Virus record (IMG/VR): IMGVR_UViG_3300017991_000049
Coordinates: 128,001-192,000 of that record
Origin: a virus
Length of the DNA stretch: 64,000 nt
Direction: 5' to 3' (one strand)
The notes under the pieces were generated by a model that was not told where the DNA came from, did not search any database, and worked only from the letters and a program-made list of their open reading frames with translations. Shown here one piece after another: positions 63,100-64,000 of the stretch. The position numbers and the translations under genes were made by a program. Every line of letters begins with the position of its first letter. Within the stretch, counting starts at the first letter, position 1.

Positions 63100-64000
63100 T
63101 CAAGCCCCTACCTTCTCGGTTTTTGGTGGCTTCCCGTACTTCCGATCGATGCCGATGGCATCGCATTCTTCCCACGATAACGTCACACCCCAGCGGGTGG
63201 CGACATCCTGATCGATGCCGAATCTGTAGACCGGGGAGTCGCTGAAAGGGACTCCGTCCAGGTCGCACGCGCGGAACGATACTGCGTCGACCATGCACTC
63301 TGGCATGATTTCGTTGTATACCGTGTCCAAGCTGCGTATTGGAACCTCCAGGATGACAGCGTCATGGATCTGGAGTACGATCTTGTAACCAAGTTCCGCT
63401 TTACGCGGATGGTTGTATAGATAGAACAGCGCGGTACTGACCGCGTCGGCTACCATACTCTGGAACGGGAAGTTCAGGAACTGGCGCTCCAGCTCTCCCA
63501 TCGCTCCACGATCGCTGGTGGTGATACACCGGCGATAACGTCCGAAACAGTTACGAATCCAACCAGGCTTCGCCACCCGGGCCCTCAACTGTTCTTGCAG
63601 TATTGGGATTCCCGGGTAGGTGGCGAAGATCGTATTGATAATCTGCTGAGCTTCAGCCTCGACGATGGGTGCGCCTTCTTCTTGGCACTGGCGCGCACAG
63701 GCTTCTGCTGTGCGGCCGTATCCCACGCCGAAGATGATGTTCTTAGCAGCCACACGCTTGCCCTTCTGTCCAATGCCTGCAAGGCCCGCTTTCGTGGGTT
63801 CACAGTCTAGTCGGAACGATTGAACAGCAATATTCGAGTGGATATCGTACTGGTTGGGGTCGTCATCCTCCAAATTGGCCCTCAGGCAGTGATCAAGCAT
63901 GGTTTTGTCGCGAGACATTACTGCCATACCCAACAACTCGGCGCCTTTATAATCCGCCTCTAGCAGAACGGTGGTTTCGCCGTAGTTGGGGTCAGTATTG
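63100..64000 (-). CDS. Family A DNA polymerase (C-terminal palm/fingers; gene continues beyond window end)
   Basis: Motif B is 'RVAAKNIIFGVGYG' and motif C is 'VLQIHDAVILEV'. The reading frame stays open to 64000 and reads '…TVLLEADYKGAELLGMAV', which matches motif A 'DYSQIELR'. Confidence 0.8.
   Translation of the reverse strand, partial: NTDPNYGETTVLLEADYKGAELLGMAVMSRDKTMLDHCLRANLEDDDPNQYDIHSNIAVQSFRLDCEPTKAGLAGIGQKGKRVAAKNIIFGVGYGRTAEACARQCQEEGAPIVEAEAQQIINTIFATYPGIPILQEQLRARVAKPGWIRNCFGRYRRCITTSDRGAMGELERQFLNFPFQSMVADAVSTALFYLYNHPRKAELGYKIVLQIHDAVILEVPIRSLDTVYNEIMPECMVDAVSFRACDLDGVPFSDSPVYRFGIDQDVATRWGVTLSWEECDAIGIDRKYGKPPKTEKVGA

Noticed and set aside
63100-63936. Apparent polymerase start at 63936 suggesting a split or truncated family-A polymerase
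   Set aside because: The frame stays open upstream to the window edge and encodes motif A (DYKGAELL). The listed start is a TTG picked by the ORF caller. The gene simply continues beyond 64000.
1-64000. Prophage boundary, integrase or transposase
   Set aside because: No tyrosine or serine recombinase or transposase motifs were recognised in any frame. The only att-like clue is the tRNA-like element at ~46.1 kb.

Overview
The window reads as 64 kb of a GC-rich bacteriophage genome (or a very recently acquired prophage) that is transcribed almost entirely from the minus strand. About 85 tightly packed minus-strand genes are supported; the plus-strand ORFs look like antisense shadows of the minus-strand genes. 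No integrase, transposase, rRNA or CRISPR array was seen.

From the high-coordinate end to the low-coordinate end, the layout is:
- **Replication/nucleotide module (~46-64 kb):** a family-A DNA polymerase that runs off the window edge, an SSB-like protein, a RecA-like ATPase, a DEDDh exonuclease, a RuvC-like resolvase, an HhH-GPD glycosylase, ThyX and peptide deformylase.
- **Middle region (~20-46 kb):** many small unknown genes, several with signal peptides or zinc ribbons. It also holds a PEP-CTERM protein, an HD-domain hydrolase, a GT-B glycosyltransferase and a possible portal or terminase.
- **Virion module (~7-19 kb):** large Pro/Ala/Gln-rich and glycine-zipper proteins, a repeat protein, two tandem S1-protease-like paralogs and a LamG plus beta-helix tailspike.
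- **Host-like cluster (0.1-7 kb):** a Kre2/GT15-like mannosyltransferase, Csp, GroES, a rhamnose-mutarotase-domain protein, a cupin, a papain-like peptidase, two sulfotransferases, a class II aldolase and a Tat-signal protein.

Four sulfotransferase-like genes and at least three glycosyltransferases sit alongside a PEP-CTERM protein, a Tat protein and Sec-secreted proteins. This points to a phage-encoded toolkit for modifying or sulfating cell-surface glycans. I consider this the most novel candidate system in the window.

A 16-bp GATC-containing inverted repeat, TTGATCA-N2-TGA(A/T)CAA, occurs at least 10 times just upstream of gene starts. It often follows a GC hairpin plus T-run terminator, so it looks like a phage-specific promoter or operator signal.

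All calls come from reading the translated ORFs and the DNA by eye. No database search was possible, so family names are motif-based and confidence values are deliberately modest.
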